A DNA stretch of 64,000 nucleotides from positions 992,001 through 1,056,000 of the forward strand of contig OY820591.1 of assembly GCA_963555985.3 (NCBI GenBank), in the 5' to 3' direction. This DNA is from Dehalococcoidia bacterium. Its GTDB lineage: Bacteria; Chloroflexota; Dehalococcoidia; Bin125. A model generated the notes under the pieces. That model saw only the letters and a program-made list of their open reading frames with translations. It was not told the origin of the DNA and did not search any database. Positions 8,579 through 21,043 of this stretch are shown here, piece after piece. Within the stretch, counting starts at the first letter, position 1. Each line of letters opens with the position of its first letter. A program made the position numbers and the translations under genes.

Positions 8579-9865
8579 ATGCGAGACATGAAAACGGTGC
8601 GAATGCGGACGTTAATCCTCGTGTCAGCGCTCGTCGCTATCGTGGCGCTGGCCGTCGGGAGCCTCATGTTCGGAGGCGCAGATACCTCCCAGGCGGACGA
8701 GCACGCTTCCGCGAGCGAAGTCCGGGTTGCGACGCGGGCGCTTGAAGACGGGCGCGTCGAAGTCGCTGTCCAACAGCGCGCCGGCGGCGACTGGGGCGAG
8801 CGCCAACTCCCCGAAGCCCGCTTCCTCCCGCACGACGCCGAGGCCGGCGACTGGCATGTCTCCTCCCCGATTACCGCTCTGGCTTCATCCCAGCCGGAGA
8901 ACATCTTCACTGGCGACCTGCCGAACTTCGACGACGCCGTCCTGATTTGCGCGATCACCCATCAGCGCGAAGGCGACCAAGCCTTCTGGTCCACGGTCAA
9001 CCGCGGCATCATCAGTTGGGACCACGAACATCCTCAGGCGCGCGTCGACATTCGCAGCGGCGCCACCGCCGCCGAACAGTCGCAGCAGGTGCGCGAGTGC
9101 ATCGACAACGGCGCAGCCGCGATCGCCGTCACGCTGCCCGATCCGCAGGGACTGCGCGAGGCGCTCGATGAGGCCCACGAAGCCGGAATCCTGATCACGT
9201 CGTTCAACTCTGGCGTGCGCAGCTTCCGCGATCTCGGTTCGCTCCGCCATGTCAGCGTCGATGAGCTGACCGCCGGCCGTGTCGTTGGCGAACAGCTCAA
9301 CGAGCAAGGCGTCGCTGGTCTCGCGCTCTGCATCACCCACGAGCCAGCCAACATCGGCCTCAGCGAGCGCTGTGAGGGATTGGAAGAAACCTACGCCGGT
9401 GATGTGGAGCGGTTCTCGGTTGCCGACACCGGTACTGCCGATCTCGCAGCAACGGCCGACACGATCACGGCGCGGCTGCGCGATGAATCTCGGCCGATCG
9501 GCGCGGTCGTCGCCTTGAATGCCGTCGTCAGCCTGGCCGCGCGGGACGCCGTTGCTGCGGTCGGCTCCGACGCCGCCGTCGCAACCTTCGACCAGACACC
9601 CGATGTGCTCCAGGCCATCGTCGCCGGCGAGATCCTCTTCGCCATCAATACCCAGCCCTACAGTCAGGGCTACTACATCATGGCTTCCACATTCCACACC
9701 TGGACCGGCTGGAACGCGCTGCGGATCGACTACGGCGTCAATCCCGCGCACATCATCGGAACGTCGGTGTTCACCGTCGAAGCGAAACTGTACACAGCCG
9801 AGAATGCTGGAAGCCGCTTCACGCTTGGGCAAGGTCAGTCCGGCGGCGGCCGCCCGGGCGGCTAG
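8579..9865 (+). CDS. Sugar ABC-transporter substrate-binding protein (type I PBP fold) with signal peptide and an extra N-terminal ~50-aa module
   Basis: Hydrophobic N-terminus ending SQA|DE; PBP1 sugar-binding motifs FWSTV..G, AIAVTLPDP, ERCEG, ATFD, AINTQPYSQGY. Confidence 0.85.
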   Translation: MRDMKTVRMRTLILVSALVAIVALAVGSLMFGGADTSQADEHASASEVRVATRALEDGRVEVAVQQRAGGDWGERQLPEARFLPHDAEAGDWHVSSPITALASSQPENIFTGDLPNFDDAVLICAITHQREGDQAFWSTVNRGIISWDHEHPQARVDIRSGATAAEQSQQVRECIDNGAAAIAVTLPDPQGLREALDEAHEAGILITSFNSGVRSFRDLGSLRHVSVDELTAGRVVGEQLNEQGVAGLALCITHEPANIGLSERCEGLEETYAGDVERFSVADTGTADLAATADTITARLRDESRPIGAVVALNAVVSLAARDAVAAVGSDAAVATFDQTPDVLQAIVAGEILFAINTQPYSQGYYIMASTFHTWTGWNALRIDYGVNPAHIIGTSVFTVEAKLYTAENAGSRFTLGQGQSGGGRPGG

Positions 9866-9874
9866 GGCCTGAGT

Positions 9875-9928
9875 CCCCTCTCCCGTTGGGAGAGAGCCTG
9901 TCCCCGCGCAGGCGGGGAGCTAGGGTGC
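9875..9928. repeat. REP-like palindrome between convergent genes
   Basis: CCCCTCTCCCGTTGGGAGAG + AGCCTGTCCCCGCGCAGGCGGGG + AGCTAGGGTG. An empty relative lies at 28648-28681. Confidence 0.75.
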
Positions 9929-11041
9929 GGGTCCCCGTCGCGCGTCATCCTTCCAGGCGAGCACGCTCTGCAACAGCCCCAGACCAATGAACAGCATCAA
10001 CAGCGACGAATTGCCCGTGCTGATGAACGGCAGCGGAATCCCCGTCACCGGAATCAGACGCACGTTGATCGCGACATTGATGAACACCTGCACGGCGATG
10101 ATCGTGACCATCCCCACCGCCAGCAGCCGGCCCAGCGGCTCCGGCGCCTGGTTGATCACCCGCAGCATCCGTAAGAGCAAGAGCAAGAACAACGCGAACA
10201 ACGCCATCGCCCCGACGAAACCCAACTCCTCCCCCAAGACGCTGAAGATGAAGTCGGTCGTCTGAATCCGCACGAAATCCAGCTGGGTCTGCGTGCCTTC
10301 CGTGAGGCCTTGCCCCCACAGCCCGCCCGAACCGACCGAGGTCTCAGCCTGGATCACGTTGAAACCCGCCCCCTGCGGATCCGACTCCGGATCCAGAAAC
10401 GCGCGGATGCGGTCGCGCTGGTAGTCCTGCACCCCCGCCGCGAGTCCCACGGGCACCAGACAGAGGCCAATCGCCGCAAGCGCCGCATACTGCCGCAGCC
10501 GCACCCCAGCGAACAACGTCATCACGAACCAGATCGCGAGAAACACGACTGCCGATCCCGCATCCGGCTCAAGAAACACGAGCAGCGCCGGCAACGCCAC
10601 GATCGCCAGCGAAGCGAAGAAGATGCGCCACTCGTGCAGCCGGTCTCGGAAGTCGGTCAGGAACTTCGCCAGCCCGATCACCGTCATCAACTTGCCGATC
10701 TCGGAAGCCTGCACGACCGTGAATCCCAAATCGAACCAGCGCCGCGCCCCGAACTCGTCCGAACCCACGAACAGCACCGCCACCAACACGACGATGCCGA
10801 AGCCGTACGCGAGCCAACCGAGCGCGTCGATCAAGCGGTAATCGACCCGAGTCATCGCGATCATCAAGATCGCGCCCACGATCGCGAACGCAATATGCCG
10901 CTGGACGGCGCTGGAGAGCACCACACCTTCCGCCCCGCGCGGCAGCGAAGCCGAATAAATCACCAGCGCTCCATACCCGGCCAGCGCCAGCGCGCCGATC
11001 AGAATCAGTGGGTCGAAGTAGCGCCAGGAATGACCGACCAT
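9920..11041 (-). CDS. rodA: Rod shape-determining protein RodA (SEDS family)
   Basis: GARRWFDLG, QASEIGK, PDAGSA, TDFIFSVLGEELGF, TGIPLPFIS; lies downstream of mrdA. Confidence 0.93.
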   Translation of the reverse strand: MVGHSWRYFDPLILIGALALAGYGALVIYSASLPRGAEGVVLSSAVQRHIAFAIVGAILMIAMTRVDYRLIDALGWLAYGFGIVVLVAVLFVGSDEFGARRWFDLGFTVVQASEIGKLMTVIGLAKFLTDFRDRLHEWRIFFASLAIVALPALLVFLEPDAGSAVVFLAIWFVMTLFAGVRLRQYAALAAIGLCLVPVGLAAGVQDYQRDRIRAFLDPESDPQGAGFNVIQAETSVGSGGLWGQGLTEGTQTQLDFVRIQTTDFIFSVLGEELGFVGAMALFALFLLLLLRMLRVINQAPEPLGRLLAVGMVTIIAVQVFINVAINVRLIPVTGIPLPFISTGNSSLLMLFIGLGLLQSVLAWKDDARRGPAP

Positions 11042-11050
11042 CGCCAGACC

Positions 11051-13138
11051 TCAGTTCGACCGTGCCCGAATCGCCTCGGAGAGGCGCTGGTCTTCTTCCG
11101 CAGTCAGCGCGACCCGCGCATACGGCGGCGGCTCGGCGTTGAGGATCGCGCCGCTGCGCTCCGCCCATGCACGCAAAATCTCGCCGCCTGCGCTTGAGGC
11201 GAGATAGCCCGCCGAGAACTCAAAGAACACCGCAATCGCAATCTGCGGTTCCTCGAACGGAGCAAAAGCGATGTACCAGCCGTGCGTCGGACCCTCTTCC
11301 GCCCCGCTGACCGCCGTACCCGTTTGATTGAATTCCGCCGTCCCCGTCTTGCCCGCAGTCATCATCTCCGGCAGCGCCACCAGCGCGTCGTGACAGGTGC
11401 CCGCCAATAGACAGAGCGCCATCCCTTCGCGCACGATCCGCAGCACCTCCGGGTCGAGCTCGAGCCGCGCGCGAACGACCGGCTGCCAGGGCTGAACCGC
11501 ACGCCCGTCTCCGTCGCGTACCTCAAGCACGACCCGCGGCTCATACACCGTGCCCCCGTTCGCAATCGTGGCCGTCACCACCGCCATCTGCAGCGGTGTC
11601 ACCGACATAAACCCTTGGCCGATCGCCATGTTGTACGTATCCCCGTCGAACCATGGCTCGCCCAGCGACTCTAGTTTCTGCTCCGCAGTCGGAATCAGCC
11701 CGGAGACTTCTCCGGCCAGATCGATACCCGTCTCGCTGTCGAGCCCAAATGCGCGCGCCCACTTACCTAACGCCTCATGGCCCACGCCGTCAAATTCCAC
11801 ATCTCCGGCGATGATGCCCTCGTCGGCCAGCGCATCGAGCCGCGCCTGCTCCGATGGGTGGCGCGGCGGCTCATCGGGACGCCGGTAGGGATCGCCGCCG
11901 GCGGCGTAGTAGAAATAGACGTTGCTCGACTCGGACAGCGCCTGGCGCAGATCCAGAACCTGATTCTGCACCGTGTCGCCGAACAGATAGACGATGCCCG
12001 GAGACACGCGGTTGTGGACCTCAAGCACACCAGGCGTGTAGATCCGCGTCTCCGGCGTCAGCGTCCCTTCCGCAAGCGCGGCCGTGGCGGTCACGACTTT
12101 GAAGATCGAACCGGGCGGGTACTGGTCGGAAATCGCATGGTTGCGCAACGGCTGACCCGGATCCTCGATCAAGGCCGTCCACTCTTCCTCGCTCAGATCT
12201 TCGCTGTAGATATTGACGTCGTATGTCGGAATCGAGACCAACGCGAGCACCTGTCCCGTATTCACGTCGAGAACGACCGCAGCGGCGTAGCGCGATGCCC
12301 CCAGATGCGCCTCCAGGATCTCCTGCACACGCTGTTGGAGTTCAAGATCGATCGTCAGAACGATGCTCAGACCGGGTTCGGGAGGCGTTTCGTTCAGCAC
12401 CTCGAGCACGTTGCCGACTACATCGATCTCAACCTGCTGCCGTCCCGTCCGCCCCCGCAGTTGCGACTCATACGCAGCCTCCACACCGGTCTTGCCGATC
12501 CAGTCCGTGTAGAGATACCGCTCACCCTGCAACTCCTCGTACTCCTCCTGATTCAGACGCCCCACATAACCGAGAATCTGGCCCAGCAATGCCCCATGCG
12601 TGTACTTGCGAATCCCGACCGACTCGACCCGCACACCCGAAAGCTGCGCCCGCCTGCTGGTCAGATCGAACACCAGTGAGTCGGACGCTTCATCGCTGAT
12701 CACGATCGGAAAGAACGGGTCGTTGCTCCGCTTCCGCTGCCAGATCTGCTCCTCGATCTCCCAGGTTCTGAGGCTGAACAGCTCCGCTAGCTCCGCCGCC
12801 ACGCGCTCGACATCCTCGTCATCGATCTCGGCGGCAATCAACGTGATTCGATAAGCCGGCACATTCTCGACCAGAGGAGTTCCGTCGCGCGCGTAGATCA
12901 ACCCTCTGGTAGGCGCGAGATCGACGGTGCGGACGCGGTTGATCGCCGCTCGCGCGACATACTCGTCGTGCTGAAGAATCTGGAGCCGAACGAGCTGCAC
13001 AGTCAGAATCCCGAAGAGCAGCACGATGAAGCCGCCGAGCAGCCAAACCTTGGCTCGGTCCGAGCCGCCTTCCGGCGCTTCGCTCGAGCGCCGAAATCCG
13101 CGCATCGGTTGCAGCCGTCGATTGGGTTCCCGCGCCAT
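11051..13138 (-). CDS. mrdA: Penicillin-binding protein 2
   Basis: N-terminal TM segment, RGLIYARDG, SxxK (PGSIFK), SxN (SSN) and KTG motifs; located in the mre operon. Confidence 0.93.
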   Translation of the reverse strand: MAREPNRRLQPMRGFRRSSEAPEGGSDRAKVWLLGGFIVLLFGILTVQLVRLQILQHDEYVARAAINRVRTVDLAPTRGLIYARDGTPLVENVPAYRITLIAAEIDDEDVERVAAELAELFSLRTWEIEEQIWQRKRSNDPFFPIVISDEASDSLVFDLTSRRAQLSGVRVESVGIRKYTHGALLGQILGYVGRLNQEEYEELQGERYLYTDWIGKTGVEAAYESQLRGRTGRQQVEIDVVGNVLEVLNETPPEPGLSIVLTIDLELQQRVQEILEAHLGASRYAAAVVLDVNTGQVLALVSIPTYDVNIYSEDLSEEEWTALIEDPGQPLRNHAISDQYPPGSIFKVVTATAALAEGTLTPETRIYTPGVLEVHNRVSPGIVYLFGDTVQNQVLDLRQALSESSNVYFYYAAGGDPYRRPDEPPRHPSEQARLDALADEGIIAGDVEFDGVGHEALGKWARAFGLDSETGIDLAGEVSGLIPTAEQKLESLGEPWFDGDTYNMAIGQGFMSVTPLQMAVVTATIANGGTVYEPRVVLEVRDGDGRAVQPWQPVVRARLELDPEVLRIVREGMALCLLAGTCHDALVALPEMMTAGKTGTAEFNQTGTAVSGAEEGPTHGWYIAFAPFEEPQIAIAVFFEFSAGYLASSAGGEILRAWAERSGAILNAEPPPYARVALTAEEDQRLSEAIRARSN

Positions 13139-13692
13139 CAGAACTCCGCCGCGCCGGCCGGTTCAAGCACATGCCTGCGCGTAGGCAGGCGCACGATCCA
13201 ATAGACGACCGCCCCGACCGCCATGTTCCCCAGCACCGCGCCTACCAACACACCGCTGATCGCATCAACCCAGTCCACCGATGTCGTCGTGAGTTCGACC
13301 GCAATCGCGTGAGCGATGAAGTGCAGCGCCGAACAGACCGCGATCACGCCGATCGTGACCAGCCACTCCCAAACCCAGGCGGTCGGCTCTGCGCGCAGGT
13401 GCAGGTCGCGCCCGCTGGATCGAGAACGTCCCGACCACCAGAACGCAGCCAACCCGATCGGGGTGAATGCGGCGACGCTCACCGCCAGCCCCTGATAGGC
13501 GAGCAGACCCATGCCAATGCCGGCAAGCGGGGTCAGCACCAGCACCTCTCGCGGCTCCCGCACGATCGCCCAGCAACAGAGCACTGCCAGCAGCAGGTGT
13601 GGCCCCACGCCGAAGATCGGGAAGGCTGGAGCCGTCGAGGTCTGGAAGATCACGAGCACGAACAGCCCGGCGAGCAACAGCGGCCACTTCAT
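13138..13692 (-). CDS. mreD: Rod shape-determining protein MreD
   Basis: Hydrophobic protein with GVGPHLLL motif, between mreC and mrdA. Confidence 0.8.
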   Translation of the reverse strand: MKWPLLLAGLFVLVIFQTSTAPAFPIFGVGPHLLLAVLCCWAIVREPREVLVLTPLAGIGMGLLAYQGLAVSVAAFTPIGLAAFWWSGRSRSSGRDLHLRAEPTAWVWEWLVTIGVIAVCSALHFIAHAIAVELTTTSVDWVDAISGVLVGAVLGNMAVGAVVYWIVRLPTRRHVLEPAGAAEF

Positions 13693-14576
13693 GGTGCAGC
13701 GACTCCGTCCTCCGGTGTCGCGTCGAGCGCGGTCTCCTCCTCTCCGTAGGTCAGATCAGGCGGCGGAATCGTCAGCTGAATCAACACTTGCTCTAGTTGG
13801 TCGAGCGGAGCTAACGGCTGCAACCGCACATGCCGAAAAGCATCCTGCACGGTGCCTTCGGCGGCTGACGCGCGGCCCACCGGCAGACCCTGCGGCAGCA
13901 GGCCGTCAAGTCCGGAGGTGACGAAGACGTGCCCCAGTTCCACCTCGGCCGTCCAGGGAATTTCCACGTCCAGGTTGCCCTGGGCGTCTCCGCTGGCGAC
14001 CGTTTCAATCCGACTCTGCTGGTGCAGGACGCGAACGGCGCTGTCGGGATCGGTGATCAGGCGCACGAAGCTGGAACGGGAGCGCACGTCGATCACGATC
14101 CCGACCAGCGTGCCCCCGGCGGCGATCACAGGCAGGCCCACACGCACGCCGTCATCGCTGCCGCGATCAAGTCCCACAATCGTGCGCAGGCCGGTAAGGT
14201 CGCGCGTAATCACGTTCGCCGTCAGCAGCACGGCGTCCGCTTCGGCCTGCACCTGGAGCAGTTCCTGGCGTCCGCGTACCTGGATCTGCTGCTCGCGCAG
14301 GCGCGCATTCTCGGCCTCCAACTGTTCGATCCGGCTGCGGAGGGCGTGGTTCTCGCTCTCCAGACGGCCGAAGTCGTCCACTTCGGCAAGGAGATTCGAG
14401 ATCGGCTCTCCAACTTGCCGGAACGCCCGCTGCACGGGTCCCAGCGTTGATGAGGCGGCGTCCTCAACCGACGCGGCCCAGCCCGCGAGCGCCGCCAGCG
14501 CCAGCACGAGCGCCAACGCCGCCATCGCCAGCGTCCAGCGAATATGCCGCCCCATCCAGCCGAACCATGATCCCAT
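13689..14576 (-). CDS. mreC: Rod shape-determining protein MreC
   Basis: Coiled coil LESEN..L...LEAENARL, LDRGSDDGV, TSGLDGLLPQGLPVG; GGAGG precedes ATG 14576. Confidence 0.92.
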   Translation of the reverse strand: MGSWFGWMGRHIRWTLAMAALALVLALAALAGWAASVEDAASSTLGPVQRAFRQVGEPISNLLAEVDDFGRLESENHALRSRIEQLEAENARLREQQIQVRGRQELLQVQAEADAVLLTANVITRDLTGLRTIVGLDRGSDDGVRVGLPVIAAGGTLVGIVIDVRSRSSFVRLITDPDSAVRVLHQQSRIETVASGDAQGNLDVEIPWTAEVELGHVFVTSGLDGLLPQGLPVGRASAAEGTVQDAFRHVRLQPLAPLDQLEQVLIQLTIPPPDLTYGEEETALDATPEDGVAAP

Positions 14577-14623
14577 CAGCGCCTCCACACCCAGCCCGCC
14601 TAGCCGATCCGGCCGGCAATCGG

Positions 14624-15682
14624 CTAGCGCCGATCAGACCCCGGCTGTGTCCGCATTCCCGCCAAATTGTGCGTCTCCAACAGCGCTTCGGTGCAGCCCC
14701 GCACCACGCAGGTGAGCGGCGAATCGGCCACATAAACCGGGAACTTCGTCTCCTGCGACAACCGTCGATCCAGGCCGGGCAGCAGCGCACCGCCGCCTGC
14801 GAGCGCGATCCCCTGTTCCATCATGTCGGAGATCAGCTCCGGGGGCGTGGTCTCGAGCGTCTTGCGCACGGATTCCACAATTGCCGCCACCGAACCGATG
14901 ATGGCATCGCGTAGCTCGACCGTAGTCACTTTCACTGTCTTCGGCAGCGACGTGGAGAGATCGCGACCGCGCAACTCGACCTCCCGCTCCCGCTCCAGCG
15001 GGAAGGCGGAGGCCCCGTTGAGCTTGATCTGTTCCGCCGTCGCTTCGCCAATCTGCATGTTGTGCACCTGGCGGGCGTAAGTCATGATCTCCTGATCGAT
15101 CTCATCGCCCGCAACCCGCGTCGACGTGCTCACCACCATCCCACCCATCGAACAGACCGCCACCTCAGTCGTGCCGCCGCCAATATCGACGACAATGCTG
15201 CCCCGCGACTCGAAGATCGGTAGTCCGGCCCCGATCGCCGCCGCCATCGGCTCCTCGATCAGATGCACCTCTCGAGCCCCGGTGTTGCGAGTCGCCTCGT
15301 AGATCGCGCGCTTCTCCACCTCCGTCGCGCCGCCCGGGATACCGACCATCACCCGCGGTCGCGGAATCCCTCGCCCCGCGCGCTCGTGCGCGGCGTGAAT
15401 GAAATGACTGAGCATCCGCTCAGTCACGTCAAAATCCGAGATTACCCCGTCGCGCAACGGTCGGACCGCGACGATATGCGCCGGTGTGCGCCCGACCATC
15501 GTCTTCGCTTGTGCGCCAATCGCCAGCACGCGCCGATTGAGCTGGTCAATCGCAACAACCGACGGTTCGTTGATCACGATCCCCCGCCCGCGCACGGCCA
15601 CGAGCGTGTTCGCGGTACCCAAATCAATCCCGATGTCGTGGGAAAATCGTCTCGCCAACCAGTTCAGCGGAGACCAGACCAT
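14624..15682 (-). CDS. mreB: Rod shape-determining protein MreB
   Basis: DIGIDLGTANT, EPMAAAIGAG, VDIGGGTTE. Confidence 0.96.
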   Translation of the reverse strand: MVWSPLNWLARRFSHDIGIDLGTANTLVAVRGRGIVINEPSVVAIDQLNRRVLAIGAQAKTMVGRTPAHIVAVRPLRDGVISDFDVTERMLSHFIHAAHERAGRGIPRPRVMVGIPGGATEVEKRAIYEATRNTGAREVHLIEEPMAAAIGAGLPIFESRGSIVVDIGGGTTEVAVCSMGGMVVSTSTRVAGDEIDQEIMTYARQVHNMQIGEATAEQIKLNGASAFPLEREREVELRGRDLSTSLPKTVKVTTVELRDAIIGSVAAIVESVRKTLETTPPELISDMMEQGIALAGGGALLPGLDRRLSQETKFPVYVADSPLTCVVRGCTEALLETHNLAGMRTQPGSDRR

Positions 15683-15842
15683 GCATGATCCCATTTGCCG
15701 ACGGCGCTCCGCGCGGGAACGCAGCGTGAGAAGCCGCCAATCCAAGGTTGGCGTTCATTGGCTGCACCTAGCCTACCGCGCCGTCCCAATTCCAGTAGCG
15801 CGCAGTGTCGATTACGTCCGCTGATCCGCACCGGATTTCCTC

Positions 15843-15885
15843 CCATTCCGTCATACCCGCGCTCCGCCCGAGAATGACGGAATCA
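15843..15885. repeat. Collapsed REP-doublet-like hairpin
   Basis: ATTCCGTCATACCCGCG...GAATGACGGAAT inverted repeat, with the same GTCATACCCGCG start as other copies. Confidence 0.7.
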
Positions 15886-15938
15886 TGGCGAGAATGTCGA
15901 TCCGAGGTGGTTCGTCTGGTACCCGAATGGAACAGGCT

Positions 15939-18233
<2,295 letters not shown>

Positions 18234-18235
18234 TC

Positions 18236-18889
18236 ATGCCGGATGCAGATTCCCACATGTTGAGTGAACTCAACGTCATCATCCTCGACTATGGCGCGGG
18301 CAATCTGCGCTCAGTCGTCCGCGCCGTCGAACGTGTCGGTGCCAGGTCCGAAGTGGCCTCGGTACCGGCTGCGCTTGATGAAGCCGATGTCGTCATCCTC
18401 CCAGGCGTCGGCGCCGCCGCCGATACGATGCACAATCTCCGCGAACTCAGATTGGTCGAGCCGATCCGCGAGTACATCGAAGCCGAACGCCCCTTCCTTG
18501 GCGTCTGCATGGGCCTGCAAGCGCTGATGACCATCTCCGAAGAAGGCGGCGAACACCCCTGTCTGGACATCCTCCCCGGACGCGTCGTGCGCCTGCCCGA
18601 AGGCCGCAAGATCCCGCACATGGGCTGGAACCGGCTCGTCCCCCAACGCGAAAGCCGGCTCCTGGATAGCATCCCCGCGGACGCGCACTTCTACTTTGTT
18701 CACTCCTACCACTGCGCCATGGACGATCCGGGCGATATCGTCGCCACCGCCGATTACGGCGCAGACGTAACCGCCCTGGTCGAACGAGGACGCCTCGCGG
18801 CGACCCAGTTCCACCCCGAAAAGAGCGGCGCCTACGGGCTTCGCATCTATCGCAACTTTCTCCGAACCCACGCCGGAGCGCAGACGTGA
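18236..18889 (+). CDS. hisH: Imidazole glycerol phosphate synthase, glutaminase subunit
   Basis: DYGAGNL, LPGVG, GVCMG, PHMGWN, QFHPEKS. Confidence 0.95.
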   Translation: MPDADSHMLSELNVIILDYGAGNLRSVVRAVERVGARSEVASVPAALDEADVVILPGVGAAADTMHNLRELRLVEPIREYIEAERPFLGVCMGLQALMTISEEGGEHPCLDILPGRVVRLPEGRKIPHMGWNRLVPQRESRLLDSIPADAHFYFVHSYHCAMDDPGDIVATADYGADVTALVERGRLAATQFHPEKSGAYGLRIYRNFLRTHAGAQT

Positions 18890-19623
18890 TCGACGTACTC
18901 CCCGCGATTGACATTCGAGGCGGCCGCTGCGTGCGTCTGGTTCAGGGCGACTACGAGCGCGAGACCGTCTTCGACGATGACCCGATAAGCGCCGCCCAAC
19001 GCTGGATCGACGAGGGCGCGGCGATGCTGCACGTCATCGATCTCGACGGCGCGCGTGAGGGTCGGGCCGCAAACGCCGACGCCGTAGAGCGCATTGCGAC
19101 GCTGGGTGTTCCGGTCCAGGTCGGCGGCGGGATTCGCGATCTCGAGACCGTCAGCCGTTATCAGGACGCCGGACTGGCGCGGATCATCGTTGGCACAGCC
19201 GCCGTGACCGACCGCAACTTCCTCGCCGACGCAATCGCTCGCTGCGGCTCGGCGCTAACCGTCTCCGTCGATGCGCGCGGCGGCCGGGTCGCGCTTGAAG
19301 GTTGGACATCAACCAGCGAAATCTACGCCGTCGCGTTGATTCCCGAGCTGGAAGACGCCGGTGTCAAGCGCTTCATCTACACCGACATCGCCAGCGACGG
19401 GATGCTCGGCGGACACGACGAAGCCGCCTTCAAGCGGCTCGCGAATGTTGCCCGCGCGCCTGTAATCGCTGCCGGCGGCATCGCACATCCCATGCAAATC
19501 CGCCGGCTGGCTGCGAGCGGTGCAGCGGGCGTCGTCTTGGGCCGCGCCCTTTACGACGGCCGGCTCCGCCTAGAGGAGGCATTCGCCGCCGCCGAACGCG
19601 GGATGCGGGAGCGCACATGCTGA
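18886..19623 (+). CDS. hisA: ProFAR isomerase
   Basis: [31 protein letters not shown]. Confidence 0.95.
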   Translation: MIDVLPAIDIRGGRCVRLVQGDYERETVFDDDPISAAQRWIDEGAAMLHVIDLDGAREGRAANADAVERIATLGVPVQVGGGIRDLETVSRYQDAGLARIIVGTAAVTDRNFLADAIARCGSALTVSVDARGGRVALEGWTSTSEIYAVALIPELEDAGVKRFIYTDIASDGMLGGHDEAAFKRLANVARAPVIAAGGIAHPMQIRRLAASGAAGVVLGRALYDGRLRLEEAFAAAERGMRERTC

Positions 19624-20402
19624 CCAAACGCATCATCGCCTGCTTCGACGTCGATCAGGGCCGCGTCGTCAAAGGCATCTCCTTCGTCGAGCTGCGCGAC
19701 GCCGGAGATCCGGTCGAACTCGCCGCCCTCTACGACCACGAAGGCGTCGACGAACTGGTCTTCCTCGATATCACCGCCTCCCACGAAGACCGCAACACAG
19801 TCGTAGATATGGTCCGTCGCACCGCCGATCGTGTCTTCATTCCTTTCACAGTCGGAGGCGGAATCCGCTCCACCGAGGACATGCGCTTGATGCTCGAATC
19901 CGGCGCGGACAAAGTCAGCATCAACACTGCCGCCGTGCAACGCCCCGAGCTGATTGCCGAAGGCGCGCACCGCTTCGGTTCGCAGTGCATCGTCGTCGCC
20001 ATCGACGCCCGCACCGAACCCAACGGCGCCATGCAGGTTTACACCCATGGAGGCCGTCGCCCAACTGGGATGGACGCCATCGCCTGGGCGCGAGAAGTAG
20101 TGGAGCGCGGCGCCGGCGAGATCATGCTCACCTCGATGAACACCGACGGACATCAGGACGGCTACGACCTCCCCCTCACGCGCGCCGTCTCGGACGCGGT
20201 CTCGGTACCCGTGATCGCCTCCGGCGGAGCCGGCAACGCCCAGCACATGATCGACGCGATCACCCAGGGCCGCGCCGACGCTGTACTCGCCGCCTCAATC
20301 TTCCACTTCGGCACCCACCCGATCATGAACGTCAAGCAACAGATGCACGCTGCCGGCATCCCGATCCGAATGGAACACGCCGACTATGACGACGTCCTCT
20401 GA
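19617..20402 (+). CDS. hisF: Imidazole glycerol phosphate synthase, cyclase subunit
   Basis: [38 protein letters not shown]. Confidence 0.96.
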   Translation: MLTKRIIACFDVDQGRVVKGISFVELRDAGDPVELAALYDHEGVDELVFLDITASHEDRNTVVDMVRRTADRVFIPFTVGGGIRSTEDMRLMLESGADKVSINTAAVQRPELIAEGAHRFGSQCIVVAIDARTEPNGAMQVYTHGGRRPTGMDAIAWAREVVERGAGEIMLTSMNTDGHQDGYDLPLTRAVSDAVSVPVIASGGAGNAQHMIDAITQGRADAVLAASIFHFGTHPIMNVKQQMHAAGIPIRMEHADYDDVL

Positions 20403-20730
20403 CACTCCCGCGCTGCCCCAACTCAAGTACGACGCCAACGGCCTAGTCCCGGCCATTATCCAAGACGACGCCACCAACGAAATCCTGATGCTCGGCTACA
20501 TGAACGCCGAATCCGTCCGAATGACCCTGGACAAACAGCTAGTCACATTCTGGAGCCGCAGCCGCCGGGAATTCTGGACCAAAGGCGAGACCAGCGGAAA
20601 CGTCCTCCGCCTGATCAGCATTCGCAAAGACTGCGACGTCGACGCCCTACTCGTGCGCGCCCAGCCCGCCGGCCCCACCTGCCATACCGGCAACCAGTCC
20701 TGCTTCTACCGCGATTTGTTCGAGGACTAG
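20386..20730 (+). CDS. hisI: Phosphoribosyl-AMP cyclohydrolase
   Basis: [31 protein letters not shown]; no HisE domain. Confidence 0.95.
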   Translation: MTTSSDTPALPQLKYDANGLVPAIIQDDATNEILMLGYMNAESVRMTLDKQLVTFWSRSRREFWTKGETSGNVLRLISIRKDCDVDALLVRAQPAGPTCHTGNQSCFYRDLFED

Positions 20731-20738
20731 ATCATTCC

Positions 20739-20791
20739 GTCATACCCGCGCTTGCCGCGGGTATCTCGCCGCGTTCTGCACCATCGTCGCT
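20739..20791. repeat. REP-like element GTCATACCCGCGCTTGCCGCGGGTATCTCG plus conserved tail
   Basis: Near-identical copies at 26013-26042, 31020-31049 and 46190-46219. Confidence 0.9.
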
Positions 20792-20827
20792 GATTGGTAC
20801 ACCCGCAACGACCAACCTGAACGAACC

Positions 20828-21043
20828 CTAGCTCGCCTCTTCCTCAGAGATCCCATACCGCCGACGGAACCGCTCCACACGCCCCGCCGTGTCCACGATC
20901 CGTTGCTCACCCGTAAAGAACGGGTGGCACTGCGAGCAAATCTCAATCCGGATGTCCGCCTTGGTCGCCCGCGTCGGCCAAGAGTTGCCGCAGCCGCAGG
21001 TAATCGTCGCGTCGATGTACTCGGGGTGAATCTCTGCCCTCAC
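20828..21043 (-). CDS. rpmE: 50S ribosomal protein L31 (Zn-binding type)
   Basis: [34 protein letters not shown]. Confidence 0.96.
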   Translation of the reverse strand: MRAEIHPEYIDATITCGCGNSWPTRATKADIRIEICSQCHPFFTGEQRIVDTAGRVERFRRRYGISEEEAS

